64,000 nucleotides of DNA from Strigamia acuminata (taxonomy: Eukaryota): positions 19,902,001 to 19,966,000 of the forward strand of contig OX442314.1 in NCBI GenBank assembly GCA_949358305.1. The letters run 5' to 3'. Under the pieces are notes generated by a model, which was not told the DNA's origin, made no database searches, and was given only the letters and a program-made list of their open reading frames with translations. This document shows, piece by piece, positions 41,630 through 56,000 of the stretch (positions within the stretch are counted from its first letter, which is position 1; the number at the start of each line of letters is the position of its first letter). The translations under genes and the position numbers were made by a program.

Positions 41630-41900
41630 ACGGTTTCATCTCCATATAGCTTGACTTATCTCCAACTCAAACTCACGCAGGTTGATCTGGATTGGCAGAT
41701 CCGCAACCGAATTGACTTCTGAAAGCTCTGTTGGAAACTTCGGGGAAACCAAAAATGTATATTTAGTAAACAGTCTTTTTGCTTCCATAAAATATGAATC
41801 TATAAAACCGAATTCTAAACAGATCCAAAATTCTGGCTTAAACGACACACTAAATAATACATCAAGATCACTTCGATTTCATTGACATGTGTGTTTATTT
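41630..41900 (+). mobile_element. Possible decayed non-LTR (RTE/L2-like) reverse-transcriptase C-terminal fragment
   Basis: A stop-interrupted + frame gives DLDWQIRNRI...WKLR...IFSKQS...KI*IYKT, resembling the EI.NRI...F..L...TK..IYKT segment of LINE RTs. Confidence 0.3.
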
Positions 41901-44900
41901 ATGTCTGTACAGCATGGCACTGTTCCTAGTAAACCAATTCATATCTATTACAGTCTTCTAATGTTATTCTTTCATTTCCAAATGGAAAAATATGACAGTT
42001 TCTATTTATTAATAACAAAAGTTTATTATGCTAAGCATTAAGAGCTAGCTCTTCTGTTCCCGATCTTCTAACAGATAAAATATTTTCCAAAGAATTGACT
42101 AACACAAAGAACACAAAGTATCGATCGCAGTTGGTGCTGGAAATCAATGTTTTAGCCATCAATGCAGCGGGCCCGTGTAGTTTGTATTTGTAATAATGCA
42201 ATTTGAGATGTGAAATTTAGCGGTGTAATAAGCTTACAAATGCACCGCAATGTGCGCCGATATAGATGTAATAGGAGTAGTATTTGATTCAGCCTATAAA
42301 CTGATAATTTTCCATTTATTAAATTCACACTTCATCAAGCCAACTATGCAGTTCCATTAGGCCTAATCCTGTGAGTTAAGTGAGGGGTCCCATTTCAACA
42401 CATTAAGGCTGCTGCTTTCATTACACATTTAATTTAGGACATAAAAGGGCACTTATCACACTATTCTCATCTGTCATTCATTTTGTAGCCATTTAGCATA
42501 TCGCACATGGCACAGAGATCAACTCAACTACCTAATAAATAACAAACTCCAACCAAACTGAGTTCATTTTAAAGTTAGGCCCCCAACCTCCACCTAAAAA
42601 TTCATCCTTTATCTTCCGTTACCAACACTCATTGACAAAACTGTCGTTACCTTTCAGAATTTCTGCTTCGTGTGGCAAAAAAAATTGCACACTCAAAAGT
42701 CAATCTCAACATTTCTCCCCCCTTTTTCAACAATCTCAAATTCGCACTAAAGCTGAATGTCATCACTTTCACAAGCTACACAGAAACATGTTGCTTGTTC
42801 TACAATAATTTCATGCAATCCCTAAAGAGATTATTTAAATCATGTTTTTAAAAAATAAAAATAGAGAAATAAAAATTTAGAATAAAAGTAAAATACCGTA
42901 TATTTCATTTTTTTATTTTTTTTTTATAAGATTGGAAAAATAAATTGCCCGACCATCATAAATCGGATTAAGTCGAAAGAGTCGCATGTCGGCTTCCACC
43001 TACAATAGCCGTTTAGATTGCGTATATATAAGTTATTTTTTTATGTAAACAGTGTCGCTGTAATGCAATTCTCTGCTAGAGAATTTTAAATTGCATGAAC
43101 AGAAACACAAAGTCTGCGTTTTCAAAAGAAAAATTATTAATCAATTAAAAATTGAATTTAAAAAAGAGAAAAAAAAAGTTACAATATATGTTGTTGCAGC
43201 GACATAAATAATTCACATCACACACTCTATACACTTTGATTTGATTATCTGGAATCATGTTATTCTTTTCAACTTCATAACATTCGGTTATCTTTTTCCT
43301 TTAAAAAAAAAGTTGTAACCAAAGAAACGCTGCAACAAGACACAAATGGATTTATTTTCCAATATACACAACTTTTTTTGTCACGTTCTTTTCTTTATAA
43401 ATTGCTATTTATAAGATAGTATAAAATATAAAATATAAAAAATAAAATTACAGACTTTGTGAAACAGTTGAAACTCATAACAATGCAACTTTTAATAGAA
43501 TTTAAATTAAATCTTTAACAAGGTTAAAGTAAAACTTCGAATCTGACATCACAACGCTTCAAACCAAATTGCTCGCACAATTGAGAACACGTGGTAAATA
43601 ATTAATTTAAAAAATATTGCTTTTAACCGTAAGCTCACAGGAAACTGGTAATTAAATTTCTTCATTCTTATTTTCGTTTTCCTTTTAGCTTTCCCTTTCA
43701 GCCCGTGTCATAAAAGCCAATACCATAAACTTAATTTACATTTTTATTTTTAAATTCTTTTAACGGCTCTTATTATTGTTGCTCCTAAACAACAAACCCC
43801 GAGCACAAACAAATCCCAATACCAGCCAGCCAGTCGCTTTGAAATTAAATTTTAGAGCTGCCATCGTTTTTTGTTCTTTTCCTGTGTGTTTTGTGCTTTA
43901 TGTGTACTTCGATCTGCTTTCTTCTGATCGCGCTGCGCTTTTCTCTGCTGGTCTTTATACTTCTCCAAATCAGGAGGGACACATTGCTGTTGAAATTTAT
44001 GAGCACCTTGCCTAACTTTCAGACGAACGTAGAAATCACGCCACACTTTTCTTTTCTTTTTCAATCTGCACTTCATAGATTACCACTTCAATTTTAAGCT
44101 GATAACTTAGAAAATAAACTTTAACTTTAATATCACCAAAGCAAATAAAGCAAAAAGAATGTATAATCAATTCAAAATGGTTGCCTACGGTTCACTCCTA
44201 AGTAAAGTTTTCCACTTGGCTCACTTTAAATTCGCATAATCTGACGCCCGACCAAAACACACAGTCAGAAACGGCACTCATTGGCGGACTTACCGTAAAG
44301 CTAAATTTAAGCTACAGCTTGGGGCCTCTCTGTTCTCTAGGACCTCAAAGTCATTTTTTGCATAATAATTTGTCATGTCATTTTAATCGATGTTAAAACT
44401 TTTATGATCGTCTTCTTTAAAAAAGATATTATAGTAGTTAATGTAATATATAGAAAAAAATGTACACAATTATTTCAATTATTCAATCCTATTTTATAAG
44501 TTAATTTTTCATGTTTCGGCTTAGCCCGTACCTGACGGCACTTAAAACTAACTTCCATGTTAAATGTTAATTTAATACTCCGTCCCGATACAAAGTTGTC
44601 CTAATTCAAGCCGTATCACTGGTGTAGTGGCACAAAAAATTACCAAATAAATAAAATCCATCATTCTAATCACTTTTTACACTGAAATTCATTGAAAATA
44701 AACAAAACTACTTTTCCACGTAGTAGAGCACAGTCCACAGTTAGGCGTAATCCAGCTCAACCAATTGGGAAATAGGACAACGTTGTATCGGGACAGAGTA
44801 TAGAACCAATTTTGGTATTTCCAACATCTTAATTTTGTATCATATACTTCTATACAAGTTGTTGACAAATCAACTCTCATGCTGTCAACCCGCCATTTTC

Positions 44901-47151
44901 GTTTTACACAAATGAAATCTCCATTGATTTTAGAACAACTTAAAAAATTCCTTTTAATGATGAAAATTAATCGTTGACTAAACATAAATCTTCTTATGTA
45001 CAAGACTCATTAAAAATACTCATAAGTGAATTAATTTTCAAATGAGGATTTTAAATTTGACAATAAAAAATGACGAACAAACGCAAATAGATCAACTAAT
45101 TACTCGCCTAACATAACTTATTGTCCTAACTAATAAACGACATTTGTAATAATTATTTTAGAAGCCTGCTTCAAAGCCTATTAACCTCATATATCCCTAA
45201 TTAAGTGATTAGGCAAATCCGAAACGACGCAAAATTTCCATACATCATTGTACTTGAACTTGCTTCCAACAAACTCGCCACTTAACAGATTTGTGACTCA
45301 TCAAGTTGCAAACCCAATGAGCTTAACAGAGGGGGTTATGCGGGGCATGTTGGTCGCGTGTCAATAAAATTGCCCGTACATGCATGTACAGGGAAGAACA
45401 AAGAAAGGACATTCAAAGTATACAAGGAAATACGAAGCAAACTTTAAACTAAACGAACTCTATGGCATATTTGCCATACTTTTAAGAATTACAAATCTGC
45501 TTTGTTCTTCTCACTTTGCATTTTAATTGAAGCTGCATCGCATTATTCAAACCACTTAGTGGTTTGAATTATCGATTATATAAAAATTTTAAACCTTAAT
45601 TTTCTCACAAATAAATCTCAATAGGTAACTACTTGACAAAGCACGCATGTTGAGTGCTGGAGATTAAAATGGAAACGCGAGGCTATAGCTGCTTATTTCT
45701 AATTTACAAATACCAATAAAAATATTCTAACTCTTATAATAAACTAAATCAAATTGTACGCATCAAACGTATTACATTGGTTCTATTCCCGTAAGATGTT
45801 TAGCTTTCATTACTGAAGATAAATAACGTTTGTTTTTGGTGAAACCGCTGCCAAAACGCAGGTGAAGAGATGAAGTAGAAGCTTATCCTGAAGAGGAACG
45901 TCTTTTGAGACAGGAGTTCTTTATCATATTTCCCGACAAAAGAAGTTCCGCGATAACGAAACCTTGGCTTCGTTATCAGTTATTGCAGAATAGATTGATT
46001 CAATATTTATAAGATAATGGCGAATGTTTTCATGCAATCAGTCCTTTAGAGAGACACGTAAAGCGAAGCAAATGAGATTTCTCTTTCATTGAAATGATTC
46101 CCTCTAAGTCCTCCTTTTCGGTCGCATCTTTGCTATAATACCCATACATAATTCTAATACCTTTGGAAATAGAAAAATGGTAAACAAACAAACACTGACC
46201 ACCATGGCAGCTTAACTGTTCAAAGAGTATTGGCAGGATCGATTTCAGTACAAATCCGTAATCGGATTAAATGCCTTTACAAAATGTGCTGCATGGATGG
46301 GATTTGGCCTGGAAATAAAAACCTTGGATACTTAACTTAGTTTGGAAGATTGTAGATGACAAGTCTTTTCTTATTAACTTGTCTTGGTATTCGATTTAAG
46401 TGATGACAGGCGCTTGCGAGAGAATGGTGAGAAATACGCTTCTCAATCCCAAGGGAAAGCAGTCAAAGTGTATTTTTGAAACGTTTATGATTAAATCCCG
46501 TTTCTGACAAGGATTTGTAACCGTGGGCTGATGTTCACGCAAATCAATAATTTGATCCAATTGACATTCAATCCGCACATTCAGCTGCATGCCAATGTCG
46601 AATGCATGAGACGTCAAATTTAATATTCTAAAATTAAGTTTAACATCGTTTTACCACTTTTATTTAATTTTTAACTTTTCGAAAATAAATAAATATATTA
46701 AAAAGACAGATTAAAACCATTTTTGTTTGATAAACCGGTAATACATTATCCACCGGTATAAACTTCATTTTTTTTCCCAACTTGCTGATAAAAGTGTATA
46801 TCTAGAATAGACCAGTCAGTAGCTCAATTATGGGACGCTAGAGACGTTTGATGACCCTATCAAAAGCGCTATAACTTTTTCCTCTCCCTCAGCTTCCCCT
46901 TTAGCCGGAAGTCAGTGGCGCCATTTCGGATTAATCGCGAGATATAATTCATATCAAACTCTTCAGCTGACCTTTTCACAACCGAGTTGTTTGAGTCACC
47001 CATTTTTTCACATTAAGTTTACTTTTTTACAAAATACTAAAAGTTAAAACAAAAAAAAAAAAAAAAAAAAAAATTCTTTTTAAAGTTTCACGTATTTTTT
47101 TTTTTATCTCATAAAATAAAATTGATAAAAGTATATATTTTTTCTTTCCAG

Positions 47152-47324
47152 GTGTTCGTCATCCCACATTCCCACAACGATCCCGGTTGGCTCAAAACAT
47201 TCGAATCGTATTTCGAGGCGCAAACATCAAACATCCTTAATAACATGGTAGACAAACTGATGAAATTGCCCAACATGACTTTCATGTGGACCGAAATGTC
47301 ACTTTTTTCAAAATGGTGGGAACG
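47152..47324 (+). CDS. alpha-Man-II: Golgi alpha-mannosidase II, coding exon 2
   Basis: Acceptor ttttttctttccag. Encodes [17 protein letters not shown] (GH38 Zn-binding HSHND motif) through [14 protein letters not shown]. Donor CG|GTAAGC (phase 2). Confidence 0.95.
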
Positions 47325-49151
47325 GTAAGCTTCATAGCTGCTTCAATTTACACAAACAAATAAAAAAAAATAAAAAATAAAAAATAAAAAATAAAAAAAT
47401 CCATTTATAGGGCTAATTAAATTATTCCATTTTCTAATAACCGATAACATTGTTAATAAATGTATTAGAAATGTTGGCCCCAATAATTATTTTATTTATG
47501 CGCCATTCACAACACATGCTGTGTCTCTAAAATCTCCGCCTCTTTGTTGGCTTTCTCATTGCACTCGTGCTGCGCAGGAAAGCTAGCTGTGCGTCATGTT
47601 GGGAGGCAGCTGTGAATGGCAGGGAAGACGAACCTTGTCCTTTCTCAAGGCTCAGCAATTAGAGGGACAGAGAAGAAAAGAAAAGAAGAAGCGTGTGATG
47701 TCGCGTGTTATCGACGTCCAGCAGATTCATTGGCGTTCTTGTGCCAAAAGTTCACCCTTCCTTCCCCTCCCTTTTTCCTACTCTTCTAAAGAATGACTCC
47801 TCAAAAGAACGTATATAAAAGCCCTCTCTTTACAAAGAATTGCGACAAGAGCTTCGCAATGACGCTTGTGCTCTCAGCTGCCACCGATCACTGATTTCAG
47901 AGGTGCATTGATTAATCTGCGTCTCCTTTCTAATGAAAACAATAGGATTTCATTTTTTTAAGCCTCCTGTTTTTTGCAACCATTACAAATGTAACTGAAA
48001 ATTGATCCCCCTATTAATTTCCTTTTTTTCCTACCTTTGAATTAATTGATTAATTAGAAATGTAATCAATGGCACGAGCAACGTGGAGTGACATGTCGGA
48101 GTTTAGACTATGGTTTCCTAACTCCACCCTTGTGATGTCCCTTTCTTTCTATAAAAACAATTCCTTTTCCCACTACTGTACTAACATTTTTTCTCAAAGA
48201 GGTCCTTGGATAAAGACCGAGACGTCAAACAAGACTTTGAACAAGCAGATAAACTGCTTGTTTAAACAGCAGTTTTCGAATGGCCACCGAATTTATCCTC
48301 ATTCAAGTTGCAGTGCACATTCACACAACTTTTTATGTCCACCATTTTTAGATAAGAATTTTAACACACGCGTTTAAAGTTACTAGGCGCATTCACAAAC
48401 TACATAAACACTTTAAACAACACATTTGACTGCTTTTTAAACTGCTCGTCTCAATCCAACTTCAAAAATTGCAGCTGGTTTAATCTTACTCCGTCTTTAG
48501 TCGCAATTGGCATGCGCAAGACATTTTTAACTGCAAGTTGAATACAATTTTTTTTTACGTCCAAAAACGCACATTTAGAATGATTTAGAACACATAAACT
48601 AACCTATTTATTTCCAACTTAAATTCAGTTTAATAAAAATAATTTATTACAGCATTAAAAAACCATTAAAAATTAAATTGATTTAAAGCTCTTAAAAAAT
48701 AGTTTCAGTCGACATTTGTTAAAGTATCTCAGTTAATGGTTTCCTTTTCCTTCCGCAAAACCTAGCTTGTTTCCTGTAAAATAGCTGCTGGAAACATTCA
48801 CCATCAAATCTATAATCTAGCATATCTGGTATCCCGTTGTCTTTGCCTCCCAAACAAAGAAGAAAAAACAACATGTTAATGTGCGCACTCAGGTTAAACC
48901 CAAAGCTGACCTCCTGCTATGACAAGAATAAATTCGCTGTTAAAATAGCTGTCATTTTTCCACTTCTTCGTAAACGTGCGAGTTAATTGCACCCGAGACG
49001 TGTCAAAACAAAAAAAAATCTGCATCCCAATTCAATTACTTGATTGTCCCACCACTTTACACTCAAACTGAAATTTACAAAGTTTCAAAATCCAAAATCA
49101 AATCAAATCAAATCAAATTGTCTTAAACGTGTATTCCTTTTCTTTTCTCAG

Positions 49152-51945
49152 AGCACACCCACAAAAGAAAAGCGCAGTCAAAGAACTCCTCCAATCTGGC
49201 AGATTCGAAATAATCACCGGTGGTTGGGTTATGACCGACGAAGCCACTCCTCACATCTACGCCATGCTGGATCAATTGATCGAGGGCCATCAATGGCTCG
49301 CCAACACTCTGGACTATTCACCTCGAACAGCATGGTCGGTTGATCCTTTTGGCCACGGAGCAACCTTGCCCTACTTACTGAGCCAATCTGGGATTGAAGG
49401 AATGGTAATCCAAAGAATCCATTTCGCCTGGAAGCAGTACTTAGCCGAACAACAAAGCGGCGATTTTCTCTGGCGACAAACATGGGACAGTGCAGGCTCC
49501 TCCGACATCCTGTGTCACAACAACCCATTCGACATCTACAGCATCAAGCATTCTTGCGGCCCACACCCCATGGTCTGTTTGACCTTCGACTTCCGTAAAA
49601 TCAAGGGCGAGTTCACCGAGTACTCTCAAAAGGCACAACCCATCACCAAATGGAACGTCAAAGAGCGCGCAGAGACGCTCTTAGCGCAGTACGGCAGGAC
49701 CGCTTCTCTTTTCCCGCACAATGTCGCCCTAATAAGCCTCGGAGACGACTTCCGGTTCGACCACGAGTCCGAATGGGAACAACAATACGTCAACTATCAA
49801 CAACTTTTCGAATTTATCAACTCGCACAACGAATACCGCGCGTCGGTGCAGTTCGGCACGGTCAGCGACTACTTCCGGGAGGTTCAAAACCGCATGGGCG
49901 GCGAAGGACACGAGGCGGAATATTTCCCAAAACTCTCGGGTGATTTCTTCGTCTACAGTGATATTTTTGTCGAAGGCAGACCCGCCTATTGGAGCGGCTT
50001 CTACACAACCAGGCCCTACTGGAAAGCCCTGTGCCGCGAGCTGGAGGCCACTCTTCGAAGCGCCGAGATTCTTTACAGTTTCGCTTTAAGCAAAGCCCGC
50101 CAGACGGAATTAAACAGGACGCGGCAGATTCTCGAGGGCGACTATCAGAAACTCACGGTAGCCAGAGGCAACCTCGGTGTGTTCCAACACCACGACGCCA
50201 TCACGGGAACGAGCAAATCGTTCGTAATGCACGACTACGGGCTCAAACTCTACGAAGGAATTCGCCACGCTCACACGGTGCTGACACATTCGGCTCAATA
50301 CTTGGTCACCGAAAAGCCCTTGGAAGCGGAAATGCAAAGCGAGAAACTTTTCAAGCATTTACCCAACTTCTTGTCGTCCCCGCACGAAAGATCCAATTAC
50401 CAAATGCTGCTTCAACCGCTGCCGCAGAAATCGGCCGACTTTCAATTGGTGGTGTACAATCCGTTGGCGCAAGCGAGGCAAGAGGCTATTAGAGTGGTGG
50501 TCACTCACACCAACATCCGGATATTCGATTCGGAGGATAAATCAGTCCCGTTCCAATTGAATCCTGTGTGGAACACAACAGCTGGACCCTTCCAGTTGGT
50601 CAGAGATCAATACGAATTGCTCTTCATTGCTCAACTTCCGCCTTTGACACTCGTCACTTATCACGTCAAGCGAGTGCAAGTACGAGACTCGTCCACTATC
50701 GCCTCGCTCATGGTTTTCAACGGCGGATTGGGCATGGACGATACCAACATGGTTTTCTCCGTTCAAAAGGAGCAAATGGCGTCCGACGACGTTTACCTCG
50801 AAAACTCCCTTCTCAAGGCCGATTTCGCGCGTGAAACGGGGTTCCTCAACTCCATCACGCTCAAGGCCACGGGCCGCACGCAGACTACCAAACTGGACTT
50901 TCTCGCCTACAACTCGGCGCAGTCGCACAGCGGCGCTTACCTATTCATGCCCGAACCCCGGCAACCGGTGCGCAACATCAGCGAGAACCCTCCATATTTC
51001 TGTGTTCTACGTGGTCCATTGATTTCCGAAATTATCATCCAACACATGAATTTGCTGGTCCACACAGTTCGCATCTATCACACAACCGGGCCGCTCTCCA
51101 TGGGCCTCGAGATGGATAACACAATAGAATATCCAACACCGCCCAAGTTCCGCGAGACCGAGGTATTCATGCGCGTGATGAGTGACGTGGCGAGTGGATC
51201 GACATTTTTCACGGACCTCAACGGTTTTCAAATGATGAAGCGTTCCATAATTCCCAAAATCGAAATCGAGGGAAACTACTACCCAGCAACGACGCAAATA
51301 TACATCCAAGATGACAACACCAGACTCTCTCTCCTGCTGTCACGTGCTCACGGCGTCACCAGTTGGCAAAAAGGTTGGTTGGAAGCCATGCTGGACCGCA
51401 GGTCTTTATACGACGACAGCAGAGGCATGGGCGAAGGTGTGATAGACAATAAGAGAACTCGCGGCCGTTTTTGGCTGCTCCTGGAAGAGCGAGCGAGTAA
51501 AAGTGAGTCATTCTCTCGACCCACTTTATTGGCCAACACTTTATCCAACAGCCTTATCTATCCTGCACACACCTTAGTCGTGGATCCTGGCAACAGTCCA
51601 GTGTTACGGAACAAAGTTTCGCTGCTGAATCGACCGTTCCCTTGCGACATGCATTTAGTTAACTTACGTGTACTTCCGGTCAAAGCTTACTTCGAGTTTC
51701 CTTCTTTTAGCACTTTGCTCATTGTACAAAGACAAGGGTATAGTTGTGATTTTCCTGCTCAGGTGTATAACTGCAGTCTAACGAATGGAGTCATTAGACC
51801 CGGTACGAGGTTTAAGGAAGTGCCAATGTCAGCTATTTATAGGACATCTCTAACTGCCTTAGAACTAGGCGATAAATTGGACAGTTTGGGTGATATCAAT
51901 ATCCAACCTATGGAAATCAATTCGTATAATATTACTTTTGGTTAA
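49152..51945 (+). CDS. alpha-Man-II: Golgi alpha-mannosidase II (GH38), coding exon 3; whole protein 1117 aa
   Basis: Acceptor cttttctcag in phase 2. GH38 motifs: GGWVMTDEA, DPFGH (nucleophile Asp), IQRIH, LGDDFR (acid/base Asp), YWSGFY, FQHHDAITGT, SGAYLF, TDLNGFQM, GNYYP, DDSRGMGEG. Ends at TAA 51943-45; AATAAA at 52096. Confidence 0.96.
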
Positions 51946-52803
51946 TTTTTATCTTTTTTTTTTAACTTTTTTTTTCCACGTGGAACTGGGTTTGTCAGAA
52001 ATGTTTACAAAAATCCTTTACGATTTAATTTCAGACCTTCAAAACATTTGGTGTTTAAATGGTATTAAAAGCTACTTGTAGTCCTAATGTCTTACAATAA
52101 ACTAATTCGAGATGGTGATTTTGATCAACAAATCTAAAAAGTCATCTTAATTGCATTCAAATGATCAGTTCCAAAACTCAGGGACCACTCAGCACACCAT
52201 TTCTCATCGCACTAATGTTTTTACGAGACAAGTGAAGTGAACCCAGTTCTAGTTTTAATTAAATATTTCTAATCTTAATTTAAATCAAATGGCGGCGGGT
52301 CCAAGATTTTTGGTCATTCCCAAAGTAAAAGAATGAATTAAAACATTTTCCCTTTTACTGCCACCATGCCTTTCCGAGTGTGTTTCTTCGACAGCGTGTG
52401 AAGACACAAATTGTGATTGTAATTTGTATAGAATTCCCTGTGAAACAGGTGTTTGTATCAAGGACCTTCAGAAATAGAAATCAATACTGTAATGTATTTT
52501 ATGCATTAGAACATTGCTGAGCAGTTAAAAATCGTTTTATTTAAAAAAAAAAAAAAAAAACATTAAATTTATGTTTATACATTTTTGCAATGACGGCTAT
52601 AAATATTTCATTTCTTTCTTTCCTTTTTATTTAAATTATTTCTGCACTGTAAGTAAGGAAAAAAAATGAATTAAAACTTTTTCACCTTTTCCATCGTATT
52701 TCACTTGCACCTCATTATAAAATAATAACATAAAATACTTTCCTCTCTCTTTATTTAAATCTTTTATTTTTTAATAAAAAAAAAATTCAAAATAATAAAT
52801 ATA

Positions 52804-53020
52804 CCGTATTTTACCGATTAAGACTCGCCCTCGAGTTGTAGCTGCGGCTGAGACACCAAGAATACCGTATTTTTGCAAAAGTACGGTATTGTTTCCGTAT
52901 TTAACCTCACCAAGACCGATGACATTAAACAAATATAACAAACAAAAAACCAAAATTGTAACTACTGACAAAAATGACAGCTTTGAATAAAAGCCGCGGC
53001 TCTTAATCGATAAAATACGG
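52804..53020. mobile_element. CCGTA-terminus Tc1/mariner-pogo-type MITE
   Basis: TA flanks. TIRs CCGTATTTTACCGATTAAGA and TCTTAATCGATAAAATACGG match at 19/20. Confidence 0.85.
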
Positions 53021-56000
53021 TATATTTGTAACGTACAAACCATACACTTACACACACAAAAATATAAATCTATACCCTATATAAGTATGTGTACGTATAT
53101 ATATATATATATATAATAATTGTAAAGACTAAAAAAAAAATTTCTAGAGCTTTATACTATTAAACTTAAAAAAAATTGATTTTTTTTCCTTCCAATACTT
53201 GAAGAAAATGTATGAATTAATAATTTTAGCAGAAGGGACTTTTCCCAGAGCTTACTCGTCTTTCCCACCTCTTAATGTTGATAGCTTCAAACCTATCTAT
53301 GTCACCTCATTACAATAACATTCCCATTAACCCTCCATTTTCTCAAAAACTTCATAAATATTTTCCTTTATGCACGAAATGAAACACCTCACCCACTTTT
53401 TTCTTTCCTTAAAATCTGACAAAAGTAAACAAATGATTCACAAGCTTGATAATACCCTCCACCTCTTTAATTTTTTTTCCCTCAGACATTTCAAATTGCA
53501 GGCTTAAGAAGAAATTTTAAAAATAAAAGGACACCGAAAATATGTCTGTTCTTTTTACCATAAGCAGAATGTATAATCTACATTTGTCTTCTCGTAAGCG
53601 TAACAAATGATGACAACACACTTCAACATCTTCAGCAATTGAAAAGTAGAACGTCAAAAGAAATAAAATCTTCTTCCCCGACGCATCAAAACTCGACTTT
53701 TAGTTAACAGTGGTAAGTGCTTGCTTTACGGTCAAGTGTTAGAGAAGAAATTAACCCCTGCGGGATTGTGAAGGTTGATACCAAGCAGATCTAATTTCAG
53801 GGCGACTGTGGATCGGTGTATTAATAGCACCTGCATCATGTTGACGTCACAACGCTTTGAAATGAGTTAATTACCTGTATCTGCTTGTTAATCATCAATT
53901 CAATCAAATGTAGATTTTGTCATTTTCTACGCTTGCTTTTTTTTTGAGTTTCTTCATTTCTCAACCAAACAAAAAAAATCAACTTTAATTTATCGGATTT
54001 CTCCCGAACGCAAAGAAACAACAATGAAACATGAGAAAAACTCTCGATCGAATCGATAATCTACGGATCTGACAACCACAACTGTGGTCGAATTTGTCCT
54101 GCTGCAAGCGCAATTTTGCACGTACATGAAAAAACCACAAAACACAACATTTTTGAAATTGCTTTTTTACAATGCTAAAATCATAATAATTTTTTTTAAA
54201 AAAATAATATAATAAAATAAAATAATTAAATCACTAATACATTAAATAAGTCTATAAACTAATCGACTTTTTGGTTTAAACGTCGCTTTGAACGCAATGT
54301 TAAATGTGTGATGCCGCATCAGCATTTGACATCTCCACAAGATATAAAACTTCCCACTCGCCCCATCTACCGACAAAAGCTCCTACTCAAACTCCTAACA
54401 ATTCATCCTGATAACAAAGCAGCGGACAATTGGATCGCTCAAATTAAATTAAGATTCACCACTAATTCAATTATCGAATATTCCCAAAACTAGCTCAGAA
54501 ATTCTTCAGTGTCAATCAAGCGTAATTAATTACCAACAACCCAGCGACAATTCAGCAACGTATCCGTGCATAAATAAACCCCCCGCGCACAACAACAACA
54601 ACAACAATTTATCCAAAATCATGTTACCAATCAATCAATACATGCACACACATATAAACTAATTTTTCTAACTCATTCCAAACGCACACAGAAAAACCGA
54701 AAATAAATCCATAAATCATAGAAAAATTTTTCCTTTTTTAGATTAAAATTGACGATAAATTGGCAGTTTTTAAATGAAACAAAATTAATGTGTCTAATCA
54801 CCATTATAAACCATACGAGCTGGTATGATTACCAATGCACGATGCACAGGGCTAGGTCACATTGAACTGAACGAAGATTGTAGATGTGCGTATGAAGAGC
54901 ATCTATTAGCATCCTCATCACGTTCCACCATCAGCAAATGGTGGAGTAATGACACCCCTTCCTGCCTCCAACTCCGCCTAATGACGCCACACAATTATCA
55001 CCTCGTATTGCTGGCTTCATCAGCCGCCTACTGACTAGCCGTGACGTCACGCCGCTGCACGAGGTATGCGTGCAGCCAAATATTCAAATATCTCTCACTT
55101 TAAACGCATTAGCTTACTTGTCTTGGGAATGAAATATCTCCAGATGGCCCGCTTTACAATTGCCAGACCTCGAAAACAAAATTCAACCAAAGATTCAACC
55201 AAAAACCAGCTAATTATTAATTACAGGTTCAAGTAATAGAGTATCTGGTTAATTTTCCTTTTGTCTTCTAGTTCAACGTGTAATTGTATTGACTGACGTC
55301 ATTAATTGATTTACATGGCACTAATGAATTGCTTGGTTTAATTTATTTTCCCTAGGCACACTCAACTAACAACATCAACATTACGCTCTAAAACATTTCA
55401 TTAAATCACCTCAAACTGGATTGTATATTTGCTTCGAATTTCTCGTCTTTTGTTTATTGTATTTTCAGACGACTGAACATAAGACAAATTCATGCGACAG
55501 CTCTGCACGAGATTTCTTCTGCTCTAGTATTTACCGCTAACTTAACTTAAATTCAGTCAATGGAAACGTTTAAAAACAGTTACTGCTTTTGGTTCGGCAA
55601 ATAAATATTGATAAACTAGCAGCGCCGACTTTATATTTTTTCTTCGAATCTGCAAAGTGAAGTTCGTCAGCTGCGTCATGTGGCCAGAGCTCTGGCGCGG
55701 GCTGAGCCAGACAGGCGGCACTTTTGTTGGCTTGGCGAGTGTGTTGAATGTTGAGTTTGGTTCGTTTTATAAGCTGTGTATCCGTGAATAATGTGTTTCG
55801 AATTTCTACTTCGTTTTTGGCATACCCAAATTGAAGAGTATCCTGTTAAATGCAAATATGTACGATTCTTTTCAACAAAATACCTATTATTTTCGTGCAT
55901 AATGCATTCTATATGCAACAAAATGCAATTTTAAAAACAAATTTTAAAAAACGAAAAGTTTTGGACTACGACTTCGTCTTCGGAGAAGAAAATGTAGCAA

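Noticed and set aside
47811..47822. TATATAAAAG inside mannosidase intron 2 as an internal promoter
   Set aside because: A single short motif in AT-rich DNA with no supporting exon structure.
49229..51548. Overlapping alternative-frame and antisense ORFs within the mannosidase exon (likewise within Nrg exons, e.g. 62899-63555)
   Set aside because: Expected shadows of GC-rich coding sequence; no recognisable domains.
55010..55030. CTGATGA on the minus strand as a hammerhead ribozyme core
   Set aside because: No properly placed GAAA/stem III partner was found.
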